Assembly: GCA_965203055.1 (NCBI GenBank)
Contig: OZ241863.1
Coordinates: 1,600,001 to 1,664,000, forward strand
DNA: 64,000 bases
DNA from: Spirochaetia bacterium
Lineage (GTDB): Bacteria > Spirochaetota > Spirochaetia > SZUA-6 > Bin103
Direction of reading: 5' to 3'
Shown: positions 30,677-40,387 of the stretch, one piece after another
How the letters are laid out: every line of letters starts with the position of its first letter
Numbering within the stretch: the first letter of the stretch is position 1
The notes under the pieces: model-generated
Database searches by the model: none
The model's input: the letters and a program-made list of their open reading frames with translations, nothing else
What the model was told of the DNA's origin: nothing
Made by a program: the position numbers and the translations under genes

Positions 30677-31303
30677 ATGGCGGACGCCGCGTGGGCAGGT
30701 GAGATTCTGGACCGATTCGTGGTGCTCGAAGGTCTTGACGGGGCCGGTACCACCACCCAGGTGCGGCGGCTGCGAGCCGCCCTGGAGCGGCGCGGCGAGC
30801 GCTGCCGCGCCACCGCGGAACCCACCGCCGGACCGATCGGAAAGCTGATCCGCAGCGTACTGGCGGGGCAGGCGGCGATGACCCCCTGCTCGCTGGCGCT
30901 GCTGTTCGCCGCCGACCGCAGCGAACACCTGAACGCGCCCGACGGCATCGTGGCGGCGCTGCAGGGAGGCGGCTACGTGGCCAGCGACCGCTATCTGTTC
31001 TCCAGTCTGGTATACCAGTCACTGGGGTGCCCCGCTGACTATGTTGCCGCGCTGAATGCACGCTTTCCCCTGCCCCGCCGCCTGATCTTCATCGACACGC
31101 CTCCGCAGCAATGCCAGCGGCGGATCGCCGGTCGAAGACGGCGCGAGTTGTTCGAAGATCTGTCTCTGCAGCAGCGGCTCCGCCGGCGTTACCTTGCCGT
31201 GCTCCGGCAGTTCGCCGGCTACGGGGTAACGGTGCGCCGCGTCGACGGCAACGGCTCCCGGGAAGCGGTGTTCGCCCGCATTTGGCGGCAGTTCCGGGAC
31301 TAG
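30677..31303 (+). CDS. tmk: Thymidylate kinase
   Basis: FVVLEGLDGAGTTT, EPT, LLFAADR, SDRYLFSSLVYQ. Confidence 0.93.
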   Translation: MADAAWAGEILDRFVVLEGLDGAGTTTQVRRLRAALERRGERCRATAEPTAGPIGKLIRSVLAGQAAMTPCSLALLFAADRSEHLNAPDGIVAALQGGGYVASDRYLFSSLVYQSLGCPADYVAALNARFPLPRRLIFIDTPPQQCQRRIAGRRRRELFEDLSLQQRLRRRYLAVLRQFAGYGVTVRRVDGNGSREAVFARIWRQFRD

Positions 31304-31347
31304 AGCGCGGCCAGAGCCGAGCGAGCGCTCGCATTGCACCGGCGCCG

Positions 31348-32373
31348 TCAGCGAATCAGCATGGCGTCGCCGTACGAGAAGAAGCGGTAGCGGCGCGCGA
31401 TGGCTGCGGCGTAGGCGGCGCGGATGCGATCTTCGCCGGCCAGGGCGGAAACCAGGGCCAACAGCGAGGAGCCGGGCGTGTGGAAGTTGGTCAGGAGCTG
31501 ATCCACCACCCGGAAGCGGTAGCCGGGATAGATGAACAGATCGCTGCAGCCGGCGCCCGCGCGCAGAGTGGCGCCGTCCCAGGCCGACTCCAGCGCGCGC
31601 ACCACGGTGGTGCCCACCGCCACCACCGGGCGGCGGTCGCGGCGCGCCGCCGCCACCGCCCGGGCGGTGGGTTCCGGTACTGTGAACCGTTCCCGATGCA
31701 TGGTGTGATCCTCCACCCGGGCGGTGCGGATCGGCGTAAAGGTGCCGGCGCCGACGTGCAGCGTCACCGCGGCCACGATCACCCCGCCCTGCTCCAGGCG
31801 GCGCAGCAGCGGCGGCGTGAAGTGGAGCCCCGCGGTAGGCGCGGCGGCCGAGCCGGGGTGGGCGGCGTATACGGTCTGATAGCGTTCGGCGTCGCAGCCG
31901 TCCGGGTCACGCCGGATATAGGGAGGCAGCGGCACGGCGCCGTGGCGCTCCAGGTAGCCGGCGTCGATCGGTTCGCTGAAGGTCAGGCGCACCGCGCCGC
32001 GCTCCGGCGCGGCGAGCGCCGCCGTGACTCCCGCCGGGAACGACACCTGCCCGGCGGCGCTGCGCGGCAGCCGGCGCGCCCCCGGAGCCAGCGCCGTCCA
32101 GCTCCTTCCGTCGGGCGCCGGTTCCAGCAGCAGAAACGGCACCGCCCGGCCGCCGGGCAACTGCCCGGTCAGACGCGCGTGCAGGACCCGGGTGTCGTTC
32201 AACACCAGTACCGCGCCGCGCGGCAGCAGCCGCGGCAAGTCGCGCACCCGCAGATGCTGCGGCGCCCCGCCGCTCCGCTCCAGCACCAAGAGGCGCGCGG
32301 CGCTGCGCTGCGCCGCGGGGCGTTGCGCGATCAGCTCCGGCGGCAGCTCAAAACAGAACCTGCTGGTCTCCAT
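31348..32373 (-). CDS. queA: S-adenosylmethionine:tRNA ribosyltransferase-isomerase
   Basis: FELPPELIAQRP, PLPPYI, YQTVYA..GSAAAPTAGLHF, YRFFSYGDAMLI. Start ATG 32373. Confidence 0.97.
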   Translation of the reverse strand: METSRFCFELPPELIAQRPAAQRSAARLLVLERSGGAPQHLRVRDLPRLLPRGAVLVLNDTRVLHARLTGQLPGGRAVPFLLLEPAPDGRSWTALAPGARRLPRSAAGQVSFPAGVTAALAAPERGAVRLTFSEPIDAGYLERHGAVPLPPYIRRDPDGCDAERYQTVYAAHPGSAAAPTAGLHFTPPLLRRLEQGGVIVAAVTLHVGAGTFTPIRTARVEDHTMHRERFTVPEPTARAVAAARRDRRPVVAVGTTVVRALESAWDGATLRAGAGCSDLFIYPGYRFRVVDQLLTNFHTPGSSLLALVSALAGEDRIRAAYAAAIARRYRFFSYGDAMLIR

Positions 32374-33388
32374 CACTCCCGCCGCGCACCCCGCCGTCCG
32401 CGCGCACCCCGAGATGCTCGTAGGCAAGCCGCGTCGCCACCCGCCCGCGCGCCGTGCGCTGCAGCAGGCCGCGCTGAATCAGGTAGGGCTCGTACACGTC
32501 CTCCAAGGTATCTACCGCTTCGCTGATGGAAATGGCCAGGGTTTCCGACCCCACCGGGCCGCCGTCATACTTGGCGATGATGGTCTCGAGGATGTCGCGG
32601 TCCACCTTGTCCAGGCCGTCGTGATCCACCTCCAGCGCCGCCAGACCGCGCTCCACGATGTGCGGTGAAATGGTGCCGTCGCCCCACACCTGGGCGAAGT
32701 CGCGCATCCGCCGCACCAGCCGGTTGGCGACCCGCGGCGTGCCGCGCGAGCAGCGCGCCAACTGCGTTACCGCGGCGGCGTCCAGTTCCACCTGCAGAAT
32801 ACCCGCCGAGCGCCGCACGATGGCCTCGATCTCGCGCGGCCCGTAGAAGTCCAGGCGCATGGTAATGCCGAACCGGGAGTAGAGCGGCCCCGCTACCAGG
32901 CCGGTCTTGGTGGTGGCGCCGACCAGCGTGAACGGCGGCAGCGGAATCTTGATGGAACGGGCGCCGGGCCCCTGCCCCACCACCACGTCGATCTCGTTGT
33001 CCTCCATGGCGGTATACAACAGCTCCTCGACCGGCGGCCGGAGGCGGTGGATCTCGTCGATGAAGAACACGTTATAGGCGCCGACGTGGGTCAGGATGGC
33101 GACCAGGTCGCCGGTCTTCTCGAACGCCGGGGCCGAGGTGGAGTGCAGCTCCACGCCCATCTCATTGGCGATGATGGCGGCCAACGTGGTCTTGCCGAGC
33201 CCCGGCGGTCCGCTGAAGAACACGTGATCCAGGCTTTCGCGGCGGGCGCGCGCCGCGGCGATGAACACGCCGAGGTTCTCGCGCAGGCGTTGCTGGCCGA
33301 TGAAGTCCGCCAGCCGCTCCGGCCGCAGATTCGCTTCGTCGCCGTCGGCCTCCTGTTGAAAGCCGGCGCCGACCGTACGTTCAGCCAT
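32348..33388 (-). CDS. ruvB: Holliday junction DNA helicase RuvB
   Basis: LRPERLADFIGQ, GPPGLGKTTLA, FIDEIHRL, SRGTPRVANRL. Confidence 0.98.
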   Translation of the reverse strand: MAERTVGAGFQQEADGDEANLRPERLADFIGQQRLRENLGVFIAAARARRESLDHVFFSGPPGLGKTTLAAIIANEMGVELHSTSAPAFEKTGDLVAILTHVGAYNVFFIDEIHRLRPPVEELLYTAMEDNEIDVVVGQGPGARSIKIPLPPFTLVGATTKTGLVAGPLYSRFGITMRLDFYGPREIEAIVRRSAGILQVELDAAAVTQLARCSRGTPRVANRLVRRMRDFAQVWGDGTISPHIVERGLAALEVDHDGLDKVDRDILETIIAKYDGGPVGSETLAISISEAVDTLEDVYEPYLIQRGLLQRTARGRVATRLAYEHLGVRADGGVRGGSDGDQQVLF

Positions 33389-34022
33389 CGCCCGCCGCGC
33401 CCGCGCCGCGGGCGCGCTCGCTGGTCAGCGAACTGAGGCGCGCCACCGCCCGCCGCAGCGCCTCCTGCTCGCGTTCGGCGCTGCTGCCGGCGTGGGCCGC
33501 GGTCTCGCGCAGGACCGCGCGTACCACATCCCGCGATTCGCGCCGGCCGAAGCCCATGCCGGTCAGCGCGGCCAGCAGGTCGGCCTCCAGACCCGGCGCC
33601 GCGGACGGAGTGGCCGGGGGCAGCGTCAGCTTGCCCTGCAGGGCAAGCACCATCTTCTGCGCGGTCTTGTTGCCCAATCCCGGGATCCGCACCAGGCGCA
33701 CCAAGTCGTTGCCCTCCAGCGCCTGCACCAGCTCCGCCGCGTCGATCCCGGAGAGGATGCGAACCACCAGGCGCGGTCCCACCCCATCGACCCGCAGCAG
33801 ATCGAGAAACAGGTTGCGCTCGGCCTGGGTGGCAAAGCCGTACAGCCGCATCTGATCGTCGCGGTGGTACAGAAACGTGTACATGGTGACCTTCTCGCCC
33901 GGCGCCGGCAACACCTCCAGGCTGCGCGCGGTGGTATGCAGCTCCCACTCCAGGCCGCCCGTGCGCACGTGGGCGACTTCTACCCCTTTGTGAGTCAGCC
34001 GCCCGCTGACGCTGTTCCACAT
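33381..34022 (-). CDS. ruvA: Holliday junction branch migration protein RuvA
   Basis: LYGF..ERNLFLDLLRVDGVGPRL, IPGLGNKTAQKMVLALQGK. Confidence 0.96.
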   Translation of the reverse strand: MWNSVSGRLTHKGVEVAHVRTGGLEWELHTTARSLEVLPAPGEKVTMYTFLYHRDDQMRLYGFATQAERNLFLDLLRVDGVGPRLVVRILSGIDAAELVQALEGNDLVRLVRIPGLGNKTAQKMVLALQGKLTLPPATPSAAPGLEADLLAALTGMGFGRRESRDVVRAVLRETAAHAGSSAEREQEALRRAVARLSSLTSERARGAGAAGDG

Positions 34023-34095
34023 CTGCAAGACACCCTACCGAACCTGACCGTTTCTCGAGGAACGACGAATCGACCCATGGCCGGCCGCTCCGGGA

Positions 34096-34605
34096 CTAAG
34101 GAGCCGCATCCGCGCGCGCCACCGCGGCGCGCACCGGAGCATGCTGAACGTGACACAGCGCGACGGCGAGAGCGTCGGCGCTGTGGTCGCTGGAGGGCTC
34201 GTCGTGGAGCCCCAGCACCAGCCTCACCGAGCGGATGATCTGCCCCTTCGGCGCCCGGCTGTGGCCCGCCACCGCCAGCTTCACGGCGCCGGGTGAGTAC
34301 TCGCTGCAGGGCACGCAGAACTGCGCCAGCACCAGGATGATCACGCCCCGCGCCTGGGCCACCGGAAACGCCGTGCGCACGTTCTTCGAGAAGAACAGCT
34401 CCTCGATGGCCGCCTCGGCGGGACGATACCGGGTCACGATGGCGTGCAGGCGGTCGCTCAGGGCCAGCAGGCGGCGGCCATGATCCTGCCCGGCGGGAGT
34501 GCGGATGACGCCGTCCGCGAGCTTCCTTATCCGGCTGCCCTCGACGGCGAGCACTCCGTAGCCGGTGGCCGCCAACCCCGGATCGATACCCAATACCACA
34601 CTCAA
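34096..34605 (-). CDS. ruvC: Crossover junction endodeoxyribonuclease RuvC
   Basis: VLGIDPGLAATGYGV, IEELFFSKN, QARGV, DHSADALAVALCH. Confidence 0.97.
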   Translation of the reverse strand: MSVVLGIDPGLAATGYGVLAVEGSRIRKLADGVIRTPAGQDHGRRLLALSDRLHAIVTRYRPAEAAIEELFFSKNVRTAFPVAQARGVIILVLAQFCVPCSEYSPGAVKLAVAGHSRAPKGQIIRSVRLVLGLHDEPSSDHSADALAVALCHVQHAPVRAAVARADAAP

Positions 34606-34671
34606 GCGTCAGACCTGCTCCCGGCCGCTGCCCCGCGCCCTGCCCGCGCCGGCCGCCGGCGGCGCGCTGCT

Positions 34672-35418
34672 TCAGGAATTCCCGGCGGCGACCTGCTCGG
34701 GCGCTTCCATGTTGGTGGACACCTGTTGCACGTCGTCGTGGTCTTCCAAGGTCTCGATGAGCCGCAGGGCACTCTCCGCCTTGCCCCCCGGCAGCGGGAT
34801 GCTGGCTTCGGCGACCCAGGAAACTTCGGCCACGTCATGCTGCAAACCGGCCCGGCCCGCCGCCTCCAGGGTCGTATGAAAGTCCTCCGGCTCGGTCAGC
34901 ACCTCGATCACTTCGGACTCGGCGGACACGTCCTCGGCGCCGCCGTCGAGCACCGCTTCCATAATCTGGTCCTCGTCGTAACGGTCCGAAGAAAACGCTA
35001 TTACTCCTTTACGAGAAAAGAGATAGGATACCGATCCCGAATCTCCGAGATGGCCGCCGCCCTTGGTGAGGAGGTTGCGGATCTCGGCCGCCGAGCGGTT
35101 CTTGTTATCGGTCAGCACCTCGATGAGCAACGCCACCCCGCCCGGACCGTAGGCTTCGTAGAGCAGTTCCTGGAAGTCGGCCCCGTCACCGCCCCCGCTG
35201 CCCTTCTTGACGGCGCGGTCGATGTTGTCGCGCGGCATGTTGGCATCGCGCGCCTTCATGATGGCGGTGCGCAAGCGCGGATTGGCATCGGGGTCTGCCC
35301 CGCCAAGGCGCGCGGCGACCGTGATCTCCTTGATCAGCTTGGTGAATATCTTGCCGCGCCTGGCGTCGGTGGCGCCCTTCTTGTGCCGGATCGAATGCCA
35401 TTTGCTGTGGCCGGACAC
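34672..35418 (-). CDS. yebC: YebC/PmpR family protein
   Basis: MSGHSKWHSIRHKK, YEAYGPGGVA, LEDHDDVQQV. Confidence 0.97.
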   Translation of the reverse strand: MSGHSKWHSIRHKKGATDARRGKIFTKLIKEITVAARLGGADPDANPRLRTAIMKARDANMPRDNIDRAVKKGSGGGDGADFQELLYEAYGPGGVALLIEVLTDNKNRSAAEIRNLLTKGGGHLGDSGSVSYLFSRKGVIAFSSDRYDEDQIMEAVLDGGAEDVSAESEVIEVLTEPEDFHTTLEAAGRAGLQHDVAEVSWVAEASIPLPGGKAESALRLIETLEDHDDVQQVSTNMEAPEQVAAGNS

Positions 35419-35487
35419 TAGCTGCTACTCCCCTCCCGGTAACAGTAGCAACGATCTTTGCCGGAGGTCAAACGCGGCGCCGGCCGG

Positions 35488-36741
35488 TCAGCGGGGGCCG
35501 GCCTCGGGCCAGGCGGCGGCGGCGGCCGCGTCCGGCGGCCACGCCGCCGCGAGGAGGGCCTCGGCCTGCTCCGCAAGGCGGTCGAGATGCAGGCGCCCGC
35601 GCGGCGTCAGCGCCAGGCGGCGGCCCGGCGGCAGAGCCAGCCCCTGCCGCTCCCAGTCTTCCCAGAGCGGACCCAGCAGGCGCGCCAGAGAAGGCGTGAG
35701 CCAGCCGGGGCCGGCCGCCACGCCTTCGGCCAGGCGCAACCCCCGGCGCAGACACTCGGCGAGCAACTCCGCGGTCGCGGGCGCGCGCGCCGACGCCGCC
35801 CAGCCGCGGTCCGCGGCGGCAAGGTAGGGCCTCAGCTCGACGCCGTGACCGACGTGCAGCGCGCCGGACGCCGACGCCGGAGCCGCTCCGTAGAGGGGCG
35901 CGGCCGCGGCGGCCGGCAACGTGCCGGCCGCGCCGGGGCCGACGCCGGCCACCGGCCGCAGCAGCAGCGCGTGGCGCAGGTAGTGAGACCGGTCACCGCG
36001 GCGGCCGAAGTGAGTTACCTCATACTGGCAGTAGCCGCGGCTGCGCAGCCGCTCGCCGCCGGCCAGCCACAACTCATCCGCGTCCGCGGCGGGAACCGGT
36101 CCCCCCGGCGGCGGGTCCTCCAGTTGCAGCAGGGTCACGTGTTCGATATCGATGGCGGCCAGCCGGTCCACCGCCGCCAGCACCGCGGCCGCCCGCTGGC
36201 CCGATACGCCGGCCAGCAGATCGACGTTCAGCCGGCCGCGCCAGCAGCGCTTCAGCAGCTCCAGCCGGGCGGCGAGCGCGCGGCCATCGCAGCGCCGCCC
36301 AAGGCGCCGCAGCAGGCGGTCGTCGAAGGTCTGGACGCCTACCGAGAGGCGGTTGACCCCGGCCGCGGCGCAAAGCTCCAACAACTCCTCGTCCAGGTCC
36401 TCCGGGTTCGCCTCCAGCGTCCACTCCGGCGCCGCGCCGCCGGCCGCGCCCGGCAGCAGGGTGGCCGCGAGACCGGCCAGCAGGCGCCGCAACTCCGGGC
36501 GCGGCAGCAGACTCGGCGTCCCTCCGCCGACGTACAACGCGGCCACCGGCCGGGCCGGCATGGCCGCGCGCAGGGCGCGCGCCTCGGCCAGCATCGCGCC
36601 GACCAGTCGCTGCGCCAGGGCCAGGTCGCCGACCACCACCGGGTAGTCGCAGTAGGGGCAGCGCGCGGCGCAGAACGGTACGTGGACGTAGAACGCGACG
36701 CCGCAGGGAGCGGCGCGGGCTCGGTCGGAAGACCGCTTCAG
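35488..36741 (-). CDS. hemW: Radical SAM heme chaperone HemW / HemN-like protein
   Basis: FYVHVPFCAARCPYCDY lies in frame upstream of the ORF-track start 36639; also YVGGGTPS, TLEANPED, NRLSVGVQTF. Proposed CTG start at 36741 overlaps the lepB stop. Confidence 0.85.
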   Translation of the reverse strand: MKRSSDRARAAPCGVAFYVHVPFCAARCPYCDYPVVVGDLALAQRLVGAMLAEARALRAAMPARPVAALYVGGGTPSLLPRPELRRLLAGLAATLLPGAAGGAAPEWTLEANPEDLDEELLELCAAAGVNRLSVGVQTFDDRLLRRLGRRCDGRALAARLELLKRCWRGRLNVDLLAGVSGQRAAAVLAAVDRLAAIDIEHVTLLQLEDPPPGGPVPAADADELWLAGGERLRSRGYCQYEVTHFGRRGDRSHYLRHALLLRPVAGVGPGAAGTLPAAAAAPLYGAAPASASGALHVGHGVELRPYLAAADRGWAASARAPATAELLAECLRRGLRLAEGVAAGPGWLTPSLARLLGPLWEDWERQGLALPPGRRLALTPRGRLHLDRLAEQAEALLAAAWPPDAAAAAAWPEAGPR

Positions 36742-37763
36742 CGCACCGCACCCCAGCGGGACGGCGGCCAGTAGTGGAACGAACCGCGGCCGAGCACCTT
36801 GCGCAGCGGCACCGGCCCGAAGTCGCGGCTGTCGCGCGAGTCGTCGCGGTTGTCACCCATCGGCATGAACGCGTCGTCCGGCACCAGCCAGCCATGGTGC
36901 AGGCGGCTCCAATCTCGGGCCAGGGAGTGGTTGTGAGGATCGAGCTCGTAGCGGGCGCGGGCAATCCACGCGTTGGAGTAGCTGTGGTCGAGCCAGCGCA
37001 CCTCGCGGATGCGCTCCACGGCCGCCCGGTCGGCGGCCGCCACCGCCATCCCGGCGCTGGCCCGCACCCGCGCGACCACCGCGCGCCGCAGGTCGGGGTA
37101 GCGTTCCGCCGGAAACAGCCGCGAGACGTTGTAGGGCAGACCGAGCTGCTGCATCAGGTCCCGCTCCGGCAGCCACGGCCCCGCCCCGCCGACCTTGATC
37201 TGCACGCTTCCCTCCTTCATCCGGACGCGGTCACCCGGCATGCCGACCGCGCGTTTGATCAGAAAGTGAGCGCGCGGCCGGCCCTGCGCGTCGGTGTCGA
37301 TGTTGACGATCGACAGGGTCGCCATGTAGATGACCCGCTGCAGCAGCTCCATCAGCGGACCGACCGGCACGTAGGTCGGGTTCTCGAAGATGATCACCTC
37401 GCCGCGCCGCGGGGTGCGCGGACTGGGCAGCTTGACCCCGCCGGGCACCAACTCGGGACCGAAGATCAGCTTGTTGACGAAGATGCGGTCGCCCACCAGC
37501 AGGGTGGGCACCATCGACCCGGAGGGAATGCGGTACGCCTGCAGCAGGAACTGGTTGATCAGCAGCACGATGAGGATGGCGGAACCGATCGCCTCGGCCC
37601 AGTCGAGGAGCGGATTCTTGCGTTGCTGCCGAATCTTGCGGCGCAGGCGCCGCCGCCGCCGCCACGACAGGTAGCGTTCGGTAGCGCTGACCACGCCGCG
37701 TTGCCAGCGCTGCCAGGAGCCGGCGCGGGCGGCGCCGTCCGCGCGCCGCAACTTGCCATCCAC
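36738..37763 (-). CDS. lepB: Signal peptidase I
   Basis: TM then YRIPSGSMVPTL (Ser), LIKRAVG (Lys), MGDNRDDSRDSR. Confidence 0.96.
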   Translation of the reverse strand: MDGKLRRADGAARAGSWQRWQRGVVSATERYLSWRRRRRLRRKIRQQRKNPLLDWAEAIGSAILIVLLINQFLLQAYRIPSGSMVPTLLVGDRIFVNKLIFGPELVPGGVKLPSPRTPRRGEVIIFENPTYVPVGPLMELLQRVIYMATLSIVNIDTDAQGRPRAHFLIKRAVGMPGDRVRMKEGSVQIKVGGAGPWLPERDLMQQLGLPYNVSRLFPAERYPDLRRAVVARVRASAGMAVAAADRAAVERIREVRWLDHSYSNAWIARARYELDPHNHSLARDWSRLHHGWLVPDDAFMPMGDNRDDSRDSRDFGPVPLRKVLGRGSFHYWPPSRWGAVR

Positions 37764-37853
37764 GGCCGGGGAGCGTAGTCGAACCGCCCGCGCGCGGCAA
37801 CGGCCGGCCGCGCGGTTGCCGGCAAGCCGAGAAAATACCTATGCTCCCCTACC
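37764..37853. promoter_or_regulatory. Back-to-back divergent promoters, both apparently leaderless
   Basis: Minus: TTGCCG(37800-37795)-17-TACGCT(37777-37772)-8-GTG of lepB. Plus: TTGCCG(37816-37821)-18-TATGCT(37840-37845)-8-ATG 37854. Confidence 0.55.
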
Positions 37854-39512
37854 ATGGCGGAGCAGCGGAACCGGCCGCTTCACGACCTCGCGCCGCCGGA
37901 CCACCAGGTGCGGCTGCGGCCGCTCGCCGGGGTGGCGCCGGGCATCTATCTCACCTGGCTCTACGGGGCTGCGCTCCTGGCGCTGCTGTTCTTCGCGGCC
38001 ATCTTCCCCGGCCTGCGCTTCAACGGCGCCCTGGTCGCCGTCTCGTCGTCGCCGCCGGGCGCCGCGGTATACGTCGACGGGCGCTTCGCCGGCACCACGC
38101 CGCTCACCACCCGCGTGGCCGCGGGCCGCCATACGCTGCGCCTCTCCAAAGATCACTTCCAACCCCGCGAAGAACCGGTCGAGGTCGGTGGCCGGGTGTT
38201 CCTGAGTTGGCCGTTTCCGCGCCGCGAGAGCCGTCACCTGACGCTGCAGCTCGAAGATCCGGCGGCGCTGACGCAAGCCGCTCTGCTCGATCTGGCGCGC
38301 AATCCCGGCATTGCCCGCATCATCATCGACGCGGCCGCCGACCTGGCAAGCTCCGCCGCGCCGCCCGACCTGGGCGCCGCCTTTCTCCATAACGCCATGT
38401 TGCTGATCGAGAGTCAGGCCGGGCTGGCGGCCCTCCTGTCCGCCCATGGCCTGCTCACCGCCGGCGGCGCGCCGCGTTCTCCGCTCGGCCTGCAGCGCTT
38501 GCTGCGCGACGTGGCGCGGCTCGCCGCCGACTATCCGCGCCTGCCGCTGTGGCTCGCCGCGCTGCTGCCGGAGGCCGCGGCCGGGGAGCTGGCCGCCACC
38601 TCCTGGTACCGCGCCGTGGTGCAGCGGCACCGGGCGGCGGCGCGCGCCGCCCTCTCCCCGCCGGCGGGCGCGGCCGCGCCGGCCACCCCGCCGGCGCCGG
38701 TGATCGAAGCGGCGGGCATGGTGTTTCATCGCGTCCCGGCCGGGAGCTACGTGATGGGCGACTCGGCGCGGCTCGGGCAGCTCCCGGATCCCGCCCTGCC
38801 GTTCCCGGAGTGGCCTCACCAGATAACCCCGGGCACGTTCTATCTGCAGGAGCGGGAAGTAACCAAGCAGGCCTACGCGCGCTTCCTGGCAGCCGCGCCC
38901 GAGTGGGCGCCGGGCAACCGGGCAGCGCTTGCCGCGCGCGGTCTGGTGGCCGAGGACTACCTGGCCGACTGGGACGCCGGCGAAGTGCCGGCGGGCCGCG
39001 CGAGCGAGCCGGTGGTGTACGTGTCGGCCTATGCCGCCGAAGCGTTCGCGGCGTGGGTCGGCGGGCAGCTGCCGCCGGCGCCCGGCGGCGGCCGCTGGCA
39101 GGTGCGGCTGCCGTTCGAGCCGGAATGGGAATACGCGGCGCGCGGCGGGCCGGAGGGCCAACCCTACCCGCGCGGCTCCGAGACCCCGGGCGCGCATTTG
39201 GCGGCTCCCGCAACCGGCCTGCTGCCGGTGGGTCAGTCGCCGCCGAACGGCTTCGGGCTGCGCGACATGCTCGGCAGCGTGTGGGAGTGGACCGCCGACT
39301 GGTACTCCCCTACCCGGTATCTGCTGGCGCGCGACTTTGCGACCGACTACCGGACCGACGCGCGTTTTCCGATCGGCAGCCGGCGCGTGGTTCGGGGCGG
39401 CTCGTTCACCTCCGATCCGCGGGTCGTCAAGGTGCACACGCGCGGCTCGCAGCCGGCGGCGTGGTGCACGCCGGTGCTCGGCTTCCGGCTGGTGCTGGTG
39501 GAGGAGTCATGA
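37854..39512 (+). CDS. Membrane-anchored PEGA + FGE-sulfatase-like (SUMF1/EgtB/PvdO fold) protein
   Basis: TM, PEGA (VSSSPPGAAVYVDGRFAGTTP), EVT..Y, RLPFEPEWEYAARGG, NGFGLRDMLGSVWEW, GFRLV. Confidence 0.85.
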   Translation: MAEQRNRPLHDLAPPDHQVRLRPLAGVAPGIYLTWLYGAALLALLFFAAIFPGLRFNGALVAVSSSPPGAAVYVDGRFAGTTPLTTRVAAGRHTLRLSKDHFQPREEPVEVGGRVFLSWPFPRRESRHLTLQLEDPAALTQAALLDLARNPGIARIIIDAAADLASSAAPPDLGAAFLHNAMLLIESQAGLAALLSAHGLLTAGGAPRSPLGLQRLLRDVARLAADYPRLPLWLAALLPEAAAGELAATSWYRAVVQRHRAAARAALSPPAGAAAPATPPAPVIEAAGMVFHRVPAGSYVMGDSARLGQLPDPALPFPEWPHQITPGTFYLQEREVTKQAYARFLAAAPEWAPGNRAALAARGLVAEDYLADWDAGEVPAGRASEPVVYVSAYAAEAFAAWVGGQLPPAPGGGRWQVRLPFEPEWEYAARGGPEGQPYPRGSETPGAHLAAPATGLLPVGQSPPNGFGLRDMLGSVWEWTADWYSPTRYLLARDFATDYRTDARFPIGSRRVVRGGSFTSDPRVVKVHTRGSQPAAWCTPVLGFRLVLVEES

Positions 39513-39994
39513 ACCGCCGCCACGCCGCCCCTGACGCCGGCAAGACCCTGGCCACCAATCGGCGCGCGCGCCACCGGTATCACGTCGACGACCGCCTGGA
39601 GTGCGGCATAGCGCTGCGCGGCACCGAGGTGAAGTCCTTCAAGTCGGGCCAGTTCTCCTTCACCGACTCGTATGCCCGAATCGTCGACGGCGAGCTGCTC
39701 CTGGTGGGCCTGCACGTCACTCCCTACTCGTTCGGCAATCAGTTCAATCACGACCCGACGCGAGTCCGCAAGCTGCTCGCCCACCGCGCCGAGATCCGCC
39801 GCCTCGGCAGGCGGGTTGCCGAACGAGGCTTGACATTGGTCCCCCTGCGCTTCTACGTTAAGCGTGGCTTGGTCAAGGTCGAGCTCGGCATCTGCCGCGG
39901 CAAGAAGACCTTCGACAAGCGTGAGACGATCAAGCGCCGCGACCTCGCGCGTGATCTGGACCGCCAGGTACGCCGCGGGCAGCGGCGGCTGTGA
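39509..39994 (+). CDS. smpB: SsrA-binding protein
   Basis: NRRARHRY, GIALRGTEVKS, RKLLAHRAEI, GKKTFDKRETIK. ATG 39509 with GGAGGAG RBS. Confidence 0.97.
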   Translation: MNRRHAAPDAGKTLATNRRARHRYHVDDRLECGIALRGTEVKSFKSGQFSFTDSYARIVDGELLLVGLHVTPYSFGNQFNHDPTRVRKLLAHRAEIRRLGRRVAERGLTLVPLRFYVKRGLVKVELGICRGKKTFDKRETIKRRDLARDLDRQVRRGQRRL

Positions 39995-40027
39995 CCCGGC
40001 TTTGCCGGGCCCGGCCGGTTGCAATTT

Positions 40028-40374
40028 GGGGGTGACAAGGCCTCGACTGGGAGTTTGATGTTTACGGTTGCAGGTGGAGCTCCAGTCTCCTTAACCTGGA
40101 CAATTTGATCTGCCGAAACAGATTACGCACTGGCTGCCTGATCTAGCGTAGCCACGGGGACTTGAAGTGCGGTCCTGAGCGACGAGCTCCCCGACGCAAT
40201 TCAGGACTCACCGTCTCATCGGCCCGCGGGTGAGACGGGAAAGACACACAGCGGGCTGCGCCGTCACCCGTGAGCCGGATCACAACGGTGGCGCCAAGCA
40301 TGCAACAGCCGGCTAAACCTGTAGACGCCGTACGCGCACCTTTCAGGACGCGGGTTCGATTCCCGCCACCTCCA
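40028..40374 (+). ncRNA. ssrA: tmRNA; tag peptide (A)AETDYALAA encoded at 40112-40141
   Basis: 5' GGGGGUG pairs with 3' CACCUCC-A including G3-U, T-arm GCGGGTTCGATTCCCGC, tag ORF ending YALAA-stop; directly after smpB. CCA not encoded. Confidence 0.95.
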
Positions 40375-40387
40375 TGTCGCGCACATC

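Noticed and set aside
30725..30760. Tmk P-loop GAGTTT lacking the usual lysine
   Set aside because: I recall this variant in other spirochaete thymidylate kinases, and the other motifs are intact. Not evidence of inactivation.
37854..39512. FGE-domain protein as a sulfatase maturase, or as a diversity-generating retroelement target
   Set aside because: Catalytic cysteines are absent. No reverse transcriptase or template repeat was seen in the window.
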